In this document: positions 62,293-64,000 of the stretch, in pieces | Layout: each line of letters starts with the position of its first letter | How positions within the stretch are numbered: the first letter of the stretch is position 1 | Source of the DNA: Bdellovibrionales bacterium | GTDB taxonomy: Bacteria; Bdellovibrionota; Bdellovibrionia; Bdellovibrionales; JAUICD01 | Direction: 5' to 3' | NCBI GenBank assembly: GCA_965203275.1 | Contig: OZ241865.1 | Span: forward strand, 1,120,001-1,184,000 | DNA length: 64,000 nucleotides | The notes under the pieces: model-generated | Seen by the model: the letters and a program-made list of their open reading frames with translations, nothing else | Database searches by the model: none | Told to the model about the DNA's origin: nothing | Program-made: the position numbers and the translations under genes

Positions 62293-62819
62293 AAAGGATC
62301 CTTTCTACTAAAAGTGGTCAAGCTTTCTAGGCAATGACCATTTTGTCAAAGGCGAAAGCCTTTGCAGGCAACACTCAAAGTGTAAGAAGGAACTTTTTCC
62401 TTAACATGTAGTAAAAAAACGAGGGGATCCTTTCTACTAAAAGTGGTCAAGCTTTCTAGGCAATGACCATTTTGTCAATGGCGAAAGCCATTGCGGTCAT
62501 TGCCAGAAAGTAGCCAACACCAAAGTGAAACAAAAGGAAATCTTTTTCCTTAACATCGTGTAAAGAGACGAAGGGATCCTCATTACTAAAAGTAAACGGA
62601 CTTTTGAGACGATGACCATTTTGTCAAAGGCGAAAGCCTTTGCAGGCAACACTCAAAGTGTAAGAAGGAACTTTTTCCTTAACATGTAGTAAAAAAACGA
62701 GGGGATCCTTTCTACTAAAAGTGGTCAAGCTTTCTAGGCAATGACCATTTTGTCAATGGCGAAAGCCATTGCGGTCATTGCCAGAAAGTAGCCAGAGGCT
62801 AGACCACTTTTAGTGAAAA
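62293..62819 (+). repeat. ~278-bp duplication made of partial and full structured units
   Basis: ATGACCATTTTGTCAAAGGCGAAAGCCTTTG at 62334 and 62612. Confidence 0.9.
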
Positions 62820-62934
62820 TAAAGTAATGTGAAAATTTCTTTGATCTCTCTTATAAAAAGCGATATAAGTAAATAAATATCGTGTTGAAAAACTAACTTT
62901 TTCAAACAAAAAACTGCAAACTAAGGAGGGTCTT

Positions 62935-63681
62935 TTGATTTTTTCTGTTATCAATCAAAAAGGAGGAGTCGCTAAGACAACCACTGCTTTAAATATAGCA
63001 GCTACTTGGGCTAAAAACAAAATCAAGGTTTTACTCATTGATGTTGATCCTCAATCTTCAGCTACAAAAGCTATTTTTGGAGACTGTGAATTTGAAAAAA
63101 CCATTTATGATGTCTTGATCAACAAACTACCTCCTGAAGAAGCCATTGTTTCTTCAAAACAATTTGGTTTTGATGTCATTCCTTCAGAGATTATGCTGTC
63201 TGGATTGGACATTCAAATTGCAGCTCATTTTGGTAGAGAAAGGCTTTTAAAAAAAAGACTCGATTTAATTAAAAGAAAATATCAAGCCATTATTATAGAT
63301 TGTCCTCCTAGCTTAGGCCTGATCACTGTCAATGCTTTGATGGCTTCTCGTGATATTATTATACCTATTTGTCCTGAGTATTTTTCTGCAAAAGGTATTG
63401 ATCTTATACTAGAAACTGTCAATAATTTGAGGGCAGGTTTAGGGCATAAATTAGGAGTGAAGGGCATTGTGATCACAAGATATAAAGAGAGAAAAATTTC
63501 TACGAAGATTATACAACAAATAGAAAAAAAATATGGACTGAAAGTTTTTAAAGATTATATCCCTGATGCTATTGCTGTGGAAGAAGCACATCATGCTCAC
63601 ATGCCGATGATTAATTATTTGCCTCATCATAAAGCAACTCGAGCTTACCATAAATTATCAAAGGAGATTTGGTCACAATGA
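62935..63681 (+). CDS. ParA/Soj family ATPase
   Basis: NQKGGVAKTTT, DVDPQ and IIDCPPSLG motifs; RBS AAGGAGG with a TTG start. Confidence 0.93.
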   Translation: MIFSVINQKGGVAKTTTALNIAATWAKNKIKVLLIDVDPQSSATKAIFGDCEFEKTIYDVLINKLPPEEAIVSSKQFGFDVIPSEIMLSGLDIQIAAHFGRERLLKKRLDLIKRKYQAIIIDCPPSLGLITVNALMASRDIIIPICPEYFSAKGIDLILETVNNLRAGLGHKLGVKGIVITRYKERKISTKIIQQIEKKYGLKVFKDYIPDAIAVEEAHHAHMPMINYLPHHKATRAYHKLSKEIWSQ

Positions 63682-64000
63682 CTCATAATCCTCTCTTTGT
63701 TGATTCTACAAAATTCCGCGGTGAAATGATCATGGCAGACCTAGAAGTGCATGGTGTCGACTTGTTAGAAGGTGAAAGTCTTTATACAAAGGTGATTTTA
63801 AAGGATGGTAGAAGTTATTTAGTCAACTTAACCTCTCAATCAAATTACTATAAAGGGAGTATTCGTTTAGCATATCAAGAAAATGTAAGCTTTCAACATT
63901 TCATTATGAGAGGGGAGCAAACTGTAGCTAAAACCCAAGAAGAAAAACTTGCTGTCAATTATATCAATAAGTTTAGCCCTAAAGAGTTAGCCTTTCATCA
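63678..64000 (+). CDS. Hypothetical protein, runs off the window
   Basis: ATGA overlap with the parA stop; the frame is open to the end (MTHNPLFVDSTKFRGE...). Not recognisably ParB. Confidence 0.6.
   Translation, partial: MTHNPLFVDSTKFRGEMIMADLEVHGVDLLEGESLYTKVILKDGRSYLVNLTSQSNYYKGSIRLAYQENVSFQHFIMRGEQTVAKTQEEKLAVNYINKFSPKELAFH

Noticed and set aside
62420..62520. Self-cleaving ribozyme (hammerhead) in the branched repeat
   Set aside because: The junction has no CTGANGA/GAAA catalytic core.

Overview
AT-rich bacterial chromosome segment. By inference from gene content it is most likely a host-associated Bdellovibrionota/Oligoflexia organism: it carries a GYF-TPR protein, a gspL/M/N-type cluster, a type IV pilin, a class 2 AdoMetDC and four secreted ankyrin proteins. 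Housekeeping genes (clpB, hsp20, ftsH, speD/speE, dapA, ssb, murA, miaB, mutL, ribF-like, parA) and an orphan 5S rRNA alternate with accessory patches. These patches include a decayed Druantia-like helicase defence locus, an Rpn nuclease with an internal antitoxin-like start, a degenerate integrated element (frameshifted serine recombinase, primase fragment, GGGACA iteron-like repeats) and a six-member family of small TM/coiled-coil proteins. Two non-coding signals stand out. (1) A solitary, promoter-driven Cas12a-type crRNA handle (AATTTCTACTGTTGTAGAT at 48380) has a homologous second module near 58750; each lies downstream of a TM/coiled-coil gene and upstream of a toxin-like ORF, with no cas gene in the window. 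(2) A dispersed ~110-150 bp repeat family has divergent sequence but keeps a branched stem structure through compensatory changes; it flanks the Rpn gene and forms a tandem array upstream of parA. All assignments are by eye; no searches were run.
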